From: a virus
Lineage: Duplodnaviria; Heunggongvirae; Uroviricota; Caudoviricetes
Virus record (IMG/VR): IMGVR_UViG_3300027295_000004
Length of the DNA: 64,000 bases
Reading direction: 5' to 3' (one strand)
The translations under genes and the position numbers were made by a program. Every line of letters starts with the position of its first letter. Positions within the stretch are counted from its first letter, which is position 1. Of this stretch, positions 35,526-45,687 are shown one piece after another. The notes beneath the pieces were generated by a model, which saw nothing but the letters and a program-made list of their open reading frames with translations, ran no database searches and was not told the DNA's origin.

Positions 35526-36428
35526 ATGACGTTGTTGTTGGGTTCTAATGGTTATGTTGGAAGTGCTTTTGCCCGTTATTTGAGTGATTTAACCCCAGAG
35601 CTCAAAACCTATTCAGCCAGACATCCTATAGTCAAAGAAGAGTTTAGAAAATATCTTCTTGAAAATGGCATAGAAAGAGTGATTAACTGCGCAGCGTACA
35701 CTGGATCTCCAAACATCGCTGCTTGTGAATTGCCTGATGCAAAAACAGAATGCATCGAAGCTAATGCATTCATGCCTCTAAGAATAGCTGAAATATGTGA
35801 TAGTCTCAATGTCAAATTCGGGCATGTTTCTACGGGATGCATATACAGCGATCCTCGGTGTGATATCGGTGAATCACCTACGAAATTATACAACGAAAGA
35901 GACGAACCTAACTTTTGTTTTGATGATGCTAACTCGTCTTGGTATAGTGGAACAAAGGCTCTTGGTGAAAAATTGCTCAAAAATACAGATGCGCTGATAT
36001 GGAGAATGAGGCTCCCATTTAATTCAGTACCGCATCCAAAAAACGTTATCAGCAAATTCATCCTCTTTAAAAAATTAATCAATACAACGAATTCTTATAC
36101 TGATTTATACGAGTTCGTGCGTGCAGCTTACAAGACATTCAGCTTGCAAACGAGCCGTAAAACATTCAATTTAACACAACCGGGTTACATCACAACGAAA
36201 CAAATTATAGACATATTGACTTCTGCTATGGGAGATAAAATTCCCAAAAAGCAATATATGACATTGGAAGAATATAAAAAGATGGACCCAATTCCAAGAG
36301 CAAATTGTGCGTTAGATAGTCAATGCGCTCTCGATCATGGTATATCTTTGACACCAATTAGAACATCAATCCTGCAAACTGCACTTTTGATGAATATTAG
36401 CGAAAATGCACATGCTACAGGTAAGTAG
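35526..36428 (+). CDS. NAD(P)-dependent sugar epimerase/reductase (RmlD/GDP-fucose synthase-like short-chain dehydrogenase)
   Basis: N-terminal Rossmann motif LLGSNGYVGSAF; size and spacing typical of the extended SDR family. Confidence 0.55.
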   Translation: MTLLLGSNGYVGSAFARYLSDLTPELKTYSARHPIVKEEFRKYLLENGIERVINCAAYTGSPNIAACELPDAKTECIEANAFMPLRIAEICDSLNVKFGHVSTGCIYSDPRCDIGESPTKLYNERDEPNFCFDDANSSWYSGTKALGEKLLKNTDALIWRMRLPFNSVPHPKNVISKFILFKKLINTTNSYTDLYEFVRAAYKTFSLQTSRKTFNLTQPGYITTKQIIDILTSAMGDKIPKKQYMTLEEYKKMDPIPRANCALDSQCALDHGISLTPIRTSILQTALLMNISENAHATGK

Positions 36429-36432
36429 ATTC

Positions 36433-36627
36433 ATGGAAGAACTACTTAAACCGCTAATCAACAATCAATATTTCCAAGTATTTTCGGCATTGGTGACATT
36501 TGCTTCTGCGCTTGCTGCCATCATTCCAACACCAAAAGAAGGAACTGGTCTTGCCAAAATATACAAAGTAATTGATTTTCTTGCACTTAACATTCTACAC
36601 GCCAAAGAAACTGGTAAAGAAAAGTGA
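36433..36627 (+). CDS. Small membrane protein (64 aa)
   Basis: ORF 36406-36627 trimmed to the ATG at 36433 after the upstream stop. Confidence 0.3.
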   Translation: MEELLKPLINNQYFQVFSALVTFASALAAIIPTPKEGTGLAKIYKVIDFLALNILHAKETGKEK

Positions 36628-36923
36628 TAGAGATCATCAAAAGACTTCTGGATGCGACTATTCTATTTTTAGAATGGAAGGGCAAGTATTATTACTATGA
36701 AATCCATTCTAAATCTAGAGAGAAGCAAAAAGAATATGCCGATCAAATCGAAATGCTTCGGGGTCAAAAAACAACCGACTCATCGGATATGGCAGATTTA
36801 ATATATTCCTATCTCCTATCGGAGCAAAGGTTCATGACAGATATGAGTGAATACTTTACGCCAAAAAAGAATGAAAACAAAGATAATCCTAATAGCACTG
36901 GCAATACAACTACTGGCGTGTAA
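36624..36923 (+). CDS. Hypothetical protein (99 aa)
   Basis: ORF. Confidence 0.35.
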   Translation: MIEIIKRLLDATILFLEWKGKYYYYEIHSKSREKQKEYADQIEMLRGQKTTDSSDMADLIYSYLLSEQRFMTDMSEYFTPKKNENKDNPNSTGNTTTGV

Positions 36924-37110
36924 ACACTCGCAGCAGGAAAGCATGCCATCGGTAACACCTCTTAAAATTTACCAACCATCGATTCTGACACCGATCAAAG
37001 GCACTCAGATCCCAACCACAGAAGGAATCTACGAAGTTCAGACAGAAGGAGAGGTGTGGCATTCAGACAAAAGATACAGATTGATAGAGAGACGAAACTA
37101 CACCAAATAA
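36871..37110 (+). CDS. Small lipoprotein
   Basis: MKTKIILIALAIQLLAC gives a signal peptide plus lipobox; start trimmed from 36847. Confidence 0.4.
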   Translation: MKTKIILIALAIQLLACKHSQQESMPSVTPLKIYQPSILTPIKGTQIPTTEGIYEVQTEGEVWHSDKRYRLIERRNYTK

Positions 37111-37311
37111 GAACAAAAGGACTTCCATCTTGTTGTAAATAATTTTATATGTCCTCATTTTCATTTGGTTATTACGACTTTCTAGGGTATGGTTTAGTTG
37201 CCATCATTATTATAGCTTTTGCAGCAGCAATGTCAAGATTCAAAGATAACGTCCTTAATAAATTACATCACTTTGAAACAGAATTAAAAAACAACCAATC
37301 AAATAGAATAT

Positions 37312-37542
37312 ATGACATTTCATACTGATTTTATCAGGCAATTATCCGATGACGAGCATTGCCTACTTTTGGCAATTATCAATAACAACAAGCCCGTTCA
37401 TTATCACCTCCAGCATTCTATTGCAGAAGTTGTTATGGGAAAATTGGCAAAGGTGCCAGTTAATGCAGATGGTGAGGAAATTAAAAAATCTATTGTTGAA
37501 AAATATGATCGCTTCGTTGATAATAAAGATCAACAAACCTAG
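37312..37542 (+). CDS. Hypothetical protein (76 aa)
   Basis: ORF. Confidence 0.35.
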   Translation: MTFHTDFIRQLSDDEHCLLLAIINNNKPVHYHLQHSIAEVVMGKLAKVPVNADGEEIKKSIVEKYDRFVDNKDQQT

Positions 37543-37550
37543 ATATATAA

Positions 37551-38090
37551 ATGAGAAATCACGTTTTAGTAGACCTCGAAACGCTATCAACACAACACAA
37601 CGCAGCGATTATTTCTATAGGTGCTGTTAGATTTGATAGCAATGGAATGTATGATACATTCTATACCAATGTCGATCCTTTGGATTCGGTTCAGAAAGGG
37701 GCTACTACTGAAGTGAATACAATGAACTGGTGGAAAAAACAACCAGAAAATATACAAAAAGCGCTGCTTGTTGATCCAGTCACACTAGACATCGCAACTA
37801 CCAAATTCGAGGAGTGGTTTCGAAAAGTGCCAAATAGTTATATCTGGGGACACGGCCCTTCATTTGATTGCTCGATTCTCGAAGATAGCTTTAAGCTTTG
37901 TGGCAAAAGATCACCGTGGCCATATAATAAAGAGAGATGTGTAAGAACCATTCTTCAATTTGATCCTGACAACAAATTCCGAAAAGAAAGATCAGAAAAA
38001 CATCCACTGCACCACGCACTCTTTGACGCGGTTTATGAAGCGACTCATCTTTTGGCCGTCTTGAATCATTTGAATCTCAAACTGCCATGA
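37551..38090 (+). CDS. DEDDh-family 3'-5' exonuclease (DnaQ/RNase T-like)
   Basis: Exo I VLVDLETLS (DxE); Exo III HHALFDAVYEA (H-x4-D). Confidence 0.6.
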   Translation: MRNHVLVDLETLSTQHNAAIISIGAVRFDSNGMYDTFYTNVDPLDSVQKGATTEVNTMNWWKKQPENIQKALLVDPVTLDIATTKFEEWFRKVPNSYIWGHGPSFDCSILEDSFKLCGKRSPWPYNKERCVRTILQFDPDNKFRKERSEKHPLHHALFDAVYEATHLLAVLNHLNLKLP

Positions 38091-38449
38091 ATGATGATTT
38101 CCAATTTGATTCAGACATTAAGTCAATATTTAGAGAGGATATAACAAATTATCTTGTTTTCTATCTCTTCAAAAAATATCTGTCTATGTTTAGTACCAAA
38201 GACATACCAGAAATCGCCGACGCCCTGGCAAAGTCGTGGGCACAAGGATTAATTGATTCTGGTCTTTTGGATAACGAGGAGAGTGAAGACGTTACAAACA
38301 TTGAACTTAATATAATCAATGACTATATGCTAAAAGAGGTTCAAAATGCAGTCCAGATTATTTACAAGATAAGTGCAGACGCACAAGCAGAACGAGCTCT
38401 AATAGATCAGTACGCGGCAAAAAAAGATGTCGATGTAATGCCATTTTAA
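38087..38449 (+). CDS. Hypothetical protein (120 aa)
   Basis: ORF. Confidence 0.4.
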   Translation: MNDDFQFDSDIKSIFREDITNYLVFYLFKKYLSMFSTKDIPEIADALAKSWAQGLIDSGLLDNEESEDVTNIELNIINDYMLKEVQNAVQIIYKISADAQAERALIDQYAAKKDVDVMPF

Positions 38450-38497
38450 TTCAATACATTTCTTGATTTTGCATACACACAATATCATATTATCGAT

Positions 38498-38764
38498 ATG
38501 AGTGTAAAGAAATCATCGAATGATTCAAATGTATTATTTCTCGTTCAATTGTCTGGCGACGACGAAGCATTTGATGTCAAAATTTGCAAAGACACAACTA
38601 TCGAAGAGTGTGCAGTTGCCATCGCATACCTGATTAAGACTGTGGTATCTATGACGGATAATCCCATCGACAGCGAAAAAGCAGAGATGATCCTGTTTGA
38701 TAAAATCCAGGAAATCATTCTCGAAGATGAGACGATTTCGGTCGATATTGAAGACGAAGATTAA
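38498..38764 (+). CDS. Hypothetical acidic protein (88 aa)
   Basis: ORF. Confidence 0.4.
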   Translation: MSVKKSSNDSNVLFLVQLSGDDEAFDVKICKDTTIEECAVAIAYLIKTVVSMTDNPIDSEKAEMILFDKIQEIILEDETISVDIEDED

Positions 38765-38827
38765 TATAAAAATAAATAAACGAATAGTATAGATTCAGCC
38801 ATTATAAGAATCTAAATACTAAAACGT

Positions 38828-41035
38828 ATGCTCGATAAACATTACATGAAAGACATTTTAGTCAAAAAACGGACAGGAGATACAGAAATTTTCGATGCAG
38901 AAAAGGCCAATAGAATGGTCTACCATGCAACAAAAGGCGTAGCAGGAGCATCAGCAATTGATATTCTTATGAATGCCAAGATTAACTTCTACGATGGCAT
39001 CACCTCAGCGGAAATTCAAGACTCATTGGTTAAGTCAGCAGAAGATCTTATTTCTTTAGAAAATCCAAATTATTCAATTGTAGCCGCACGGCTTTTGGTA
39101 TATGGCCTTCGTAAAGAAGTGTGGGGTGGTAATACACCACCAAGACTATATGACCACATCAAGAAATGTGTAGACCTCGGAGTCTATACAGATGAGCTAA
39201 TTAACAAGTTCAGTGAAGAAGAGATCAATAAGATTGGCAGTTATATTGACCACGAAAGAGACGAGACTATGTTCGATTTTGCTGGCATGAAGCATCTCGT
39301 GCGCACTGGCTTAGTTCAAGATCGAGTCAATCATAAAGTATATGAGACTCCTCAATTTGCGTTCATGTGTATTGGTATGTCTCACTATGCAAATTATGAA
39401 TCCAAGAAACGGATTCAATATATCCGCCAATTCTATGACGATGTATCTGAGCGTCGTTTGAATATACCAACACCAATGCTTACAAGATGGAGAACCCCCG
39501 TTAAGACAGGTGCATCTTGTTGCTTGATTCAAGTCGATGATACGGCAGACTCGATCTTTTCGTCTGCGCATATTATGGCGAGGGCTACCAGTTATGGATA
39601 TGGCATTGGATTAGATTTCGGCAAGATTCGTGGTGTTGGGTCTCCTGTTAAGAATGGCGAGACTATTCATGGTGGGGTTATTCCATATCTCAAAGTGTTC
39701 CAAGATGCGATCAAGTCTCAGCAACAAGGTGGTGCTAGACGTGGTGCCGGTACAGCCAATGCACCTATTTTCCATTGGGAGATTGAATCTATTCTCCAAT
39801 TGCGAAATGTTGGTGGTACCGAATATAATCGTGTAAGACATCTTGACTATGTAATTGGTATTTCTAAAATCTTCTATGAACGCTGGAATGAAGGCGGAAA
39901 CATTACTCTATTCTCGAATCATGAGGTTCCTGAATTATTTGATTCGTTTGGTATGCCTGAATTTGACGAGCTTTATCTCAAGGCAGAAGCAAACCCAGAG
40001 ATTAAATTTAAAAAGTCTATTCCTGCAGATGATATCTTTGATTCTTTGATCAAAGAAAGAATCGAAACGAACAGAATTTATATTCTTAATATCGATCTTG
40101 CTAATGATTTTTCTCCATGGACTGAGCGTGTCAACATGACGAATCTTTGTGTAGAAATCCTACAACCAACGAAACCATGTCAATCCCTAGATGATCCTAA
40201 TGGTGAAATTGGTACGTGTTTGCTTGCGGCGGTCAATATGCTCAATATCAGATCGGCAAATGAACACCGTGAGGTATGCCATCAGGCCGTACGCATGCTA
40301 GATGATATGGTAGATCGCCAATTATACTTTGCACCTGCTGCCGAAAGATTCACTAAGAATAAAAGATCGCTTGGTATTGGCATTACTAATCTAGCAGGAT
40401 GGTTAGCGACACAAGGCTTGAATCATGATTCACCAGAAGCACCTAATGCTATCGATGAGTTCATGGAACGCCAGCAATATTACCTAATGGAGGCATCTTG
40501 GTTGCTTGCCAAAGAAAAGGGACCAGCGCCTGACTGGTCTAAATCCAAATACGCTCAAGGATATTCCAAGCTTGATCTATACAAGAAGGATGTGGATGAA
40601 TTTATTACCAGAAAGCCTTCAATGGACTGGGATGCCCTGATGTCAAATATTCGTCGTGACGGCATGAGAAACATGACGGTCTCCTCACAGATGCCGTGCG
40701 AAAAGTGCCTAAAATGGGATACCAAAGTCTTTGTTGATGGCAAACCTATGAACTTCCATGAAATTTGCGAACAACTTGGGTTTTCGTGGAAGAATATTGA
40801 AATGCATGATATGAAAGGCTGGCATGAGTCTGATAAAACTATTACACTCGAAACAAAAGACGGGCCGGTTGAGACGAATAGAATTTATTACAATGGCACT
40901 AGCGAAGTATTTGATATTGAGCTTGAAAATGGTGATATTATCAAAGCGACTAAAGATCATAGATTCCTGACCAAGGATGGGTGGAAGACAGTGGAAGAAC
41001 TTTCAGTTGACGAAGAAATTATGGAAATCGAATAA
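38828..41035 (+). CDS. nrdA: Ribonucleotide reductase class I alpha subunit, N-terminal extein (to 40705) fused to the split-intein N-fragment (IntN, 40706-41032)
   Basis: ATP-cone at the N terminus, catalytic NLCVEI, ..SSQMPCEK then CLKWDTKVFVDG (intein block A) and EVFDIELENGDIIKATKDHRFLTKDG, closely resembling DnaE-type IntN. Confidence 0.85.
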   Translation: MLDKHYMKDILVKKRTGDTEIFDAEKANRMVYHATKGVAGASAIDILMNAKINFYDGITSAEIQDSLVKSAEDLISLENPNYSIVAARLLVYGLRKEVWGGNTPPRLYDHIKKCVDLGVYTDELINKFSEEEINKIGSYIDHERDETMFDFAGMKHLVRTGLVQDRVNHKVYETPQFAFMCIGMSHYANYESKKRIQYIRQFYDDVSERRLNIPTPMLTRWRTPVKTGASCCLIQVDDTADSIFSSAHIMARATSYGYGIGLDFGKIRGVGSPVKNGETIHGGVIPYLKVFQDAIKSQQQGGARRGAGTANAPIFHWEIESILQLRNVGGTEYNRVRHLDYVIGISKIFYERWNEGGNITLFSNHEVPELFDSFGMPEFDELYLKAEANPEIKFKKSIPADDIFDSLIKERIETNRIYILNIDLANDFSPWTERVNMTNLCVEILQPTKPCQSLDDPNGEIGTCLLAAVNMLNIRSANEHREVCHQAVRMLDDMVDRQLYFAPAAERFTKNKRSLGIGITNLAGWLATQGLNHDSPEAPNAIDEFMERQQYYLMEASWLLAKEKGPAPDWSKSKYAQGYSKLDLYKKDVDEFITRKPSMDWDALMSNIRRDGMRNMTVSSQMPCEKCLKWDTKVFVDGKPMNFHEICEQLGFSWKNIEMHDMKGWHESDKTITLETKDGPVETNRIYYNGTSEVFDIELENGDIIKATKDHRFLTKDGWKTVEELSVDEEIMEIE

Positions 41036-41084
41036 TCTACCCAATTTAGTTGCCATAATGCGATAAGTAAAATCTATACGCATT

Positions 41085-42173
41085 ATGGCAACTAAACGTT
41101 CTAATCTAAAGAGTAGTATTATCGATTTTTTAAATGCATTTTCATCGAATATAAATGCCAAAAAAGATGTAGATGAATTATATGGCGAGGGATTTCAAGG
41201 CAAAACTATAAAAGTTTTCGCAATGGCGATAAAAGACAAATGGTCAAAAGATGGATTTTACAAATGGAATACCCGAGTCAAATATTGTCTTCAAAACAAA
41301 ATTCCGGTTATGTATGATCCACTCACAGCATCTCTCAAATTCGGTATTACATTAATTGAAGCGGAATTAAAAATAGCCAATTTAAAATCTCAAAAGACTA
41401 CATCTTTAGAAGGGTTTTGTGCGAGACACGGCAAAGAAAAAGGCGAAGCATTATTTAAAAAATTTCAGTTGTCAAGCAAGAAATCCTCAGTTAATATATT
41501 GAATGAGTATAAACAAAAATATCCACATACATGGAAATGTGAATATAGTAATTACATGCGCCGCAAATCCAAATGGTGCAAAGAGTATTATTTGTCAAGA
41601 CAAGATTGCACCGAAGAGGAAGCTAGTAAATTAGCACGAGAATACTATTTTCAAAAGTGTGGGCTACTGAGCTCTGTATATTACGACAAAGGGTATACGG
41701 ATGAGGATATTGATATTATTTTGGAAAAAATAAATGCCAAACGTATATTCAACAACACAAGAAACCCAACCAATCTCCAACGCATATTTGGTGATGAATG
41801 GCTTGCACATCATCAAGAGATTAATAATAAGTTAAGAGAGACAATGGAAAAAAAAGGTGTGTGGCTAACTCTTGACAAATTAGATGACTGGAAGAAATAC
41901 AAAATGGAAGTAGGATTTTGGACATCCCAATCAATCAATGATAATGAAGTACTTTTTGAAAAAAGAAGCAAGGAATATCATGTAGACCATCGATATTCAC
42001 AGAAGCAAGGATATATAAACGACATATCACCGAGAGTGATTGGGTCTGTTGTCAATTTAGAAATTTTAGAGAGATCAAAAAATTGTTCAAAACAAAGCAA
42101 GTCAAGCATCAGTATTGACGAATTGTATAAAATATATAACGAATATGAAAATCAACAGAATAACAAAATCTAA
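41085..42173 (+). CDS. Free-standing HNH homing endonuclease inserted between the two nrdA/intein halves
   Basis: C-terminal EYHVDHRYSQKQGYINDISPRVIGSVVNLEILERSKNCSK (HNH motif); in a different frame from both nrdA halves. Confidence 0.6.
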   Translation: MATKRSNLKSSIIDFLNAFSSNINAKKDVDELYGEGFQGKTIKVFAMAIKDKWSKDGFYKWNTRVKYCLQNKIPVMYDPLTASLKFGITLIEAELKIANLKSQKTTSLEGFCARHGKEKGEALFKKFQLSSKKSSVNILNEYKQKYPHTWKCEYSNYMRRKSKWCKEYYLSRQDCTEEEASKLAREYYFQKCGLLSSVYYDKGYTDEDIDIILEKINAKRIFNNTRNPTNLQRIFGDEWLAHHQEINNKLRETMEKKGVWLTLDKLDDWKKYKMEVGFWTSQSINDNEVLFEKRSKEYHVDHRYSQKQGYINDISPRVIGSVVNLEILERSKNCSKQSKSSISIDELYKIYNEYENQQNNKI

Positions 42174-42708
42174 CGAAATTTGTCCAACGTACGACGTAGA
42201 ATCTCCAAATGTCCATTCTTATGTAATCGACTCGGGAAAAAGCAAGATTATATCGCACAATAGTTCTTTAACCCAGAATTCGACTAATGGTATGGAACCA
42301 ATTGTCAGTCTCTTCCAATTCAAAGATGATCGTCAAGGAAGTGCGGCATGGATTGCACCAGGTGCAAAGAAATACGGTAAGTATTATAAATCGGCGTATG
42401 ATTGTACAAATGAAGGAATTATCAAATGTGCTGCAGCTATTACGAAATGGCTGTGCATGGCCGCTAGTACCAATCATTACTACAACTACGGCAATTATGA
42501 GAATAATAAACTTGAAACTACAGACGTTGCGTATGATATTCTTTTATCATACAAATACGGTCTGAAGACTCTTTATTATGCGAAGAACAAACAAATAGTC
42601 TCAGCAGACACAAGTCTTGCTGCGGAAGAAGTCTCAGAAAATGATACATCAGAAAAAGCCGAGTCTTCGGACGATTCTGGATGTGCTACCGGATTTTGCT
42701 CACTATGA
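42145..42708 (+). CDS. nrdA: Split-intein C-fragment (IntC, 39 aa, 42145-42261) fused to the nrdA C-terminal extein
   Basis: MKINRITKSNEICPTYDVESPNVHSYVIDSGKSKIISHN followed by +1 Ser; extein SSLTQNSTNGMEP... continues the conserved NrdA segment (MPxExSSxxSNxTNGxEP), then a C-terminal Cys pair. Confidence 0.8.
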   Translation: MKINRITKSNEICPTYDVESPNVHSYVIDSGKSKIISHNSSLTQNSTNGMEPIVSLFQFKDDRQGSAAWIAPGAKKYGKYYKSAYDCTNEGIIKCAAAITKWLCMAASTNHYYNYGNYENNKLETTDVAYDILLSYKYGLKTLYYAKNKQIVSADTSLAAEEVSENDTSEKAESSDDSGCATGFCSL

Positions 42709-43772
42709 AAAGCGTATACAACAAATCTAATATTCCACCACATGAACGTAAAATGTTCTTAGGACCTGAACTCAACCTACAACGGTTCGATGTTTTCAAG
42801 TATAAGAAATTTTATGATTTATATCAAGATCAAAAGTCTGCATTCTGGAATCCAGAGGAGATTGATTTTTCTGGCGAAGCGTCGAAAATTGACACAATGA
42901 GTGCTACAGAGAAATGGATCTTTGAGAATAATCTAATGTGGCAAACGGCAACAGACTCAGTGCTGAGCAGAGGCATTAATGAAATTACCAAATACATTAC
43001 GCTACCTGAATTGGAAGCAGCCTGTTCGTATTGGCAATTCTGTGAAGTTCTTCATAGTGAATCTTATACGCATGCGCTTAAAGGCCTTACCAAGAAGCCA
43101 GAGGAATTTTTTGACTCAATCGTAGTCAATGAAGAAATCAATAAGAGATCTGTCGAAGTAACTAAAGCATTTGATGATCTTTTAGGCACCAAAGATTCGG
43201 ATAGAAATGTTCAAGAGCAAATCTTTAAGACTGTTTTGTCAACGCAGATTGCAGAAGGACTTAATTTTCATGTATCGTTCCTGTTCTCCTTCTGGTTTGG
43301 CAAACAAGGAAAGGCACCTCAAATGGCGAAAATTATTCGCCTGATCAATAAAGATGAATCGCTTCACGTTGCAATTACGCAAAACATCATCAAGCTTTGG
43401 AAGACCAATCCAGATGAAGGTTTCCAAGACCTAGTAGAAAAGAATACTGACTTGGTTTATGAGATGTATAAAACGGCAGTTCAATGTGAAAAGGATTGGG
43501 CTAGCTATTTGTTCTCAAAGGGCAGTTTGATTGGATTCAATGAGGAGAATGTACACCAATATATCGAATGGTTGGCGAATAACCGACTTTCGAGTTTGGG
43601 CTATGAAAAGATTTTTGCTAGCAAGAAAAATCCAATCGGTTCTTGGTTAGTCGAATATCTCGACCCAACTCTATCACAATCAGCTCCACAGGAACAAAAT
43701 CTTACTACATACCAAATCGGTAGTCGGAATAGTACTATTGATAAGTCCCGTTTAAAGAAAATCGCCCTGTAA
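42705..43772 (+). CDS. nrdB: Ribonucleotide reductase class I beta subunit
   Basis: FWNPEEIDFS, CEVLHSESY and DESLHV di-iron ligand motifs; its ATG overlaps the nrdA stop (ATGA). Confidence 0.85.
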   Translation: MKSVYNKSNIPPHERKMFLGPELNLQRFDVFKYKKFYDLYQDQKSAFWNPEEIDFSGEASKIDTMSATEKWIFENNLMWQTATDSVLSRGINEITKYITLPELEAACSYWQFCEVLHSESYTHALKGLTKKPEEFFDSIVVNEEINKRSVEVTKAFDDLLGTKDSDRNVQEQIFKTVLSTQIAEGLNFHVSFLFSFWFGKQGKAPQMAKIIRLINKDESLHVAITQNIIKLWKTNPDEGFQDLVEKNTDLVYEMYKTAVQCEKDWASYLFSKGSLIGFNEENVHQYIEWLANNRLSSLGYEKIFASKKNPIGSWLVEYLDPTLSQSAPQEQNLTTYQIGSRNSTIDKSRLKKIAL

Positions 43773-43978
43773 TGAAATCTCCAAAATACTATCTTTCAAT
43801 CCGAAAAGACAATAAAAAGACAATATATAGCTACGTTCGCAAAAAAGAAAAAGGCAATATGTTAGTTTTCGTTGAGGATAATAAAAAAGAATTCGAAATT
43901 AATGGAGATGACTTAAAAAATTCATTGCTGTGTGATAAAAATTACGATCTTTCTTTAGACCGCAATACTTTAAAATGA
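43772..43978 (+). CDS. Hypothetical small protein
   Basis: ORF. Confidence 0.35.
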   Translation: MKSPKYYLSIRKDNKKTIYSYVRKKEKGNMLVFVEDNKKEFEINGDDLKNSLLCDKNYDLSLDRNTLK

Positions 43979-43981
43979 CAC

Positions 43982-44422
43982 ATGATCAAGCCGCCTCCAA
44001 AGGTACTAAACATATCAAGAAAGGTAGCCGAAAAGTGGAGCCTGAATGTTATTAATTATTCATGGATATCTATCCAAGATGCTACACTTGATACAATTAC
44101 CGCAAACAATATATTGGATCAGTATCCTAAACTGTCTGTGGTGCTAAAAGAAGACTCTCATGAACTGCAATGTGTTGATGCAATTATCAATTTTATTGCA
44201 AATGCAAAGAAAAATATTATTATCGACTGCCATAGTGGCGAGTATAATTCATGCGCGATTGCAAAGTTCTGCGAAGAGTGTTTAGGATATCAATGGCTAT
44301 CTTATTTGTATAAACCACATTCAAGAACCAAATACGAACACGCAGGCCAGTCTATCGCAAACCCAAATGAAAGATTCTATGAAATGCTAGTATCTCACTA
44401 TAAAGTGAAATACGACAAATAA
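43982..44422 (+). CDS. Hypothetical protein (146 aa), possibly rhodanese/phosphatase-like (CHSGEYNS)
   Basis: ORF; weak Cys-loop motif. Confidence 0.4.
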   Translation: MIKPPPKVLNISRKVAEKWSLNVINYSWISIQDATLDTITANNILDQYPKLSVVLKEDSHELQCVDAIINFIANAKKNIIIDCHSGEYNSCAIAKFCEECLGYQWLSYLYKPHSRTKYEHAGQSIANPNERFYEMLVSHYKVKYDK

Positions 44423-44441
44423 TACAGAACGATAACTATAG

Positions 44442-44478
44442 GATGGCACGATAACTTTAGCTAGGTTATCGTGCCATC
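44442..44478. terminator. 14-bp perfect inverted repeat hairpin between convergent genes (probable bidirectional terminator)
   Basis: Sequence gatggcacgataac-tttagctag-gttatcgtgccatc. Confidence 0.55.
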
Positions 44479-44487
44479 ATTGCGTTA

Positions 44488-45225
44488 TTATACAGCTCCT
44501 AGCTTGCGTGCTATGAGTTTAAGGATTGCAGAACGAACAATATCATCCTCAGTAAATTTGAACGAATAAATACCGTTTTCGATACATTCAACATCAGCAA
44601 AAGCCTTTGTAGCACGTGTAAATCCAGAACGCTCGCCGATGTCGGCTTGCTTGGCATCTCCAATAACAACATATTGAGTGTTGTTACCAAATCGTGTTAA
44701 ACAACTGGTCAATTCTTTGAAGTCAAGATTCTGAGCTTCGTCAATAATGACAAAGCTATCGTGGAATGTCATGCCTCTTACAAAGTTAACAGGAACACAC
44801 TCGATTCTATTGTCTTCCATTAAATTTGCGATAGTAGTGCGATCAATTAGCTCTGATAATTTTTCCATTAACGGAATTGACCATGGTTTGAATTTTTCAT
44901 CCAATTCACCAGGCAATGATCCAATACTTTTCGCTGCGGATTCTGCTATGCTTCGAATATATACAATTTTTTCGAAGTGTCTCTGTGATAGGTGCTTTAG
45001 TCCTGCAAGAACAGATAGATATGTTTTACCTGATCCAGCGGGGCCATCTACCATGACCATTTTTGTGTCTACATCGTCTAATAGCTGTAAAAATCTTTTG
45101 TGTGTTTCGTTGAAATCAAATTTGCAATAGATTTTAAAATTTAGACCGTCAATTTCCCTGCCAAAATATACTCTGGCAAGCTCATCAGTTTCTTCGGGGT
45201 GCCGAAGTCGCTTTTTCTTGGACAT
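44488..45225 (-). CDS. phoH: PhoH-family ATPase
   Basis: Walker A VDGPAGSGKTYL, Walker B IIDEAQN; full-length PhoH-like architecture. Confidence 0.85.
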   Translation of the reverse strand: MSKKKRLRHPEETDELARVYFGREIDGLNFKIYCKFDFNETHKRFLQLLDDVDTKMVMVDGPAGSGKTYLSVLAGLKHLSQRHFEKIVYIRSIAESAAKSIGSLPGELDEKFKPWSIPLMEKLSELIDRTTIANLMEDNRIECVPVNFVRGMTFHDSFVIIDEAQNLDFKELTSCLTRFGNNTQYVVIGDAKQADIGERSGFTRATKAFADVECIENGIYSFKFTEDDIVRSAILKLIARKLGAV

Positions 45226-45231
45226 GTAAAA

Positions 45232-45687
45232 TTACTTACACGTATTATCCAAATCTTTATCTGTGATGATAATAAATTTCATGCCGTACTTGTTTGCAAA
45301 GCCTTTTGCTGCTTCCCATTTGGCATTGTTTACCACCCATGTTGCATGCTCATGAATGATAGTTGATTCTTTTTTCTTTTTAGTAATAGTAGGCTGAATG
45401 GTTTGCTTATAAGGCTTGATTTCAATGAGGTATTTGCAGATCTTATCGCGTTCGCGGACTTTAACGTACATATCGACGATATAACGATGAACTGCATTAT
45501 CAATAGGAGAAACGTACGGGACTATCACATTCTCAGAGCCCCATTCAATGACATTGGCGTTCTTATCACACCAGATCATAAATTTTCTTTCCAGAAAACT
45601 ACGGTAGATAATATTACCAGAGTTTGTGCACTTCGCCCTGTTAAGTGGTTTATATACTCCTTGTTTGAATTGTGCGTATTTTTTCAT
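45232..45687 (-). CDS. Hypothetical protein, possibly a PD-(D/E)xK-fold nuclease
   Basis: IVDMYV...YLIEIKP gives a D...E-x-K arrangement. Confidence 0.4.
   Translation of the reverse strand: MKKYAQFKQGVYKPLNRAKCTNSGNIIYRSFLERKFMIWCDKNANVIEWGSENVIVPYVSPIDNAVHRYIVDMYVKVRERDKICKYLIEIKPYKQTIQPTITKKKKESTIIHEHATWVVNNAKWEAAKGFANKYGMKFIIITDKDLDNTCK

Noticed and set aside
38828-42708. Group I intron interrupting nrdA
   Set aside because: The interruption shows protein-level intein block motifs in frame with the exteins, ending in HN with Ser at +1. No intron-like RNA core elements were seen, so it was interpreted as a split intein rather than an intron.
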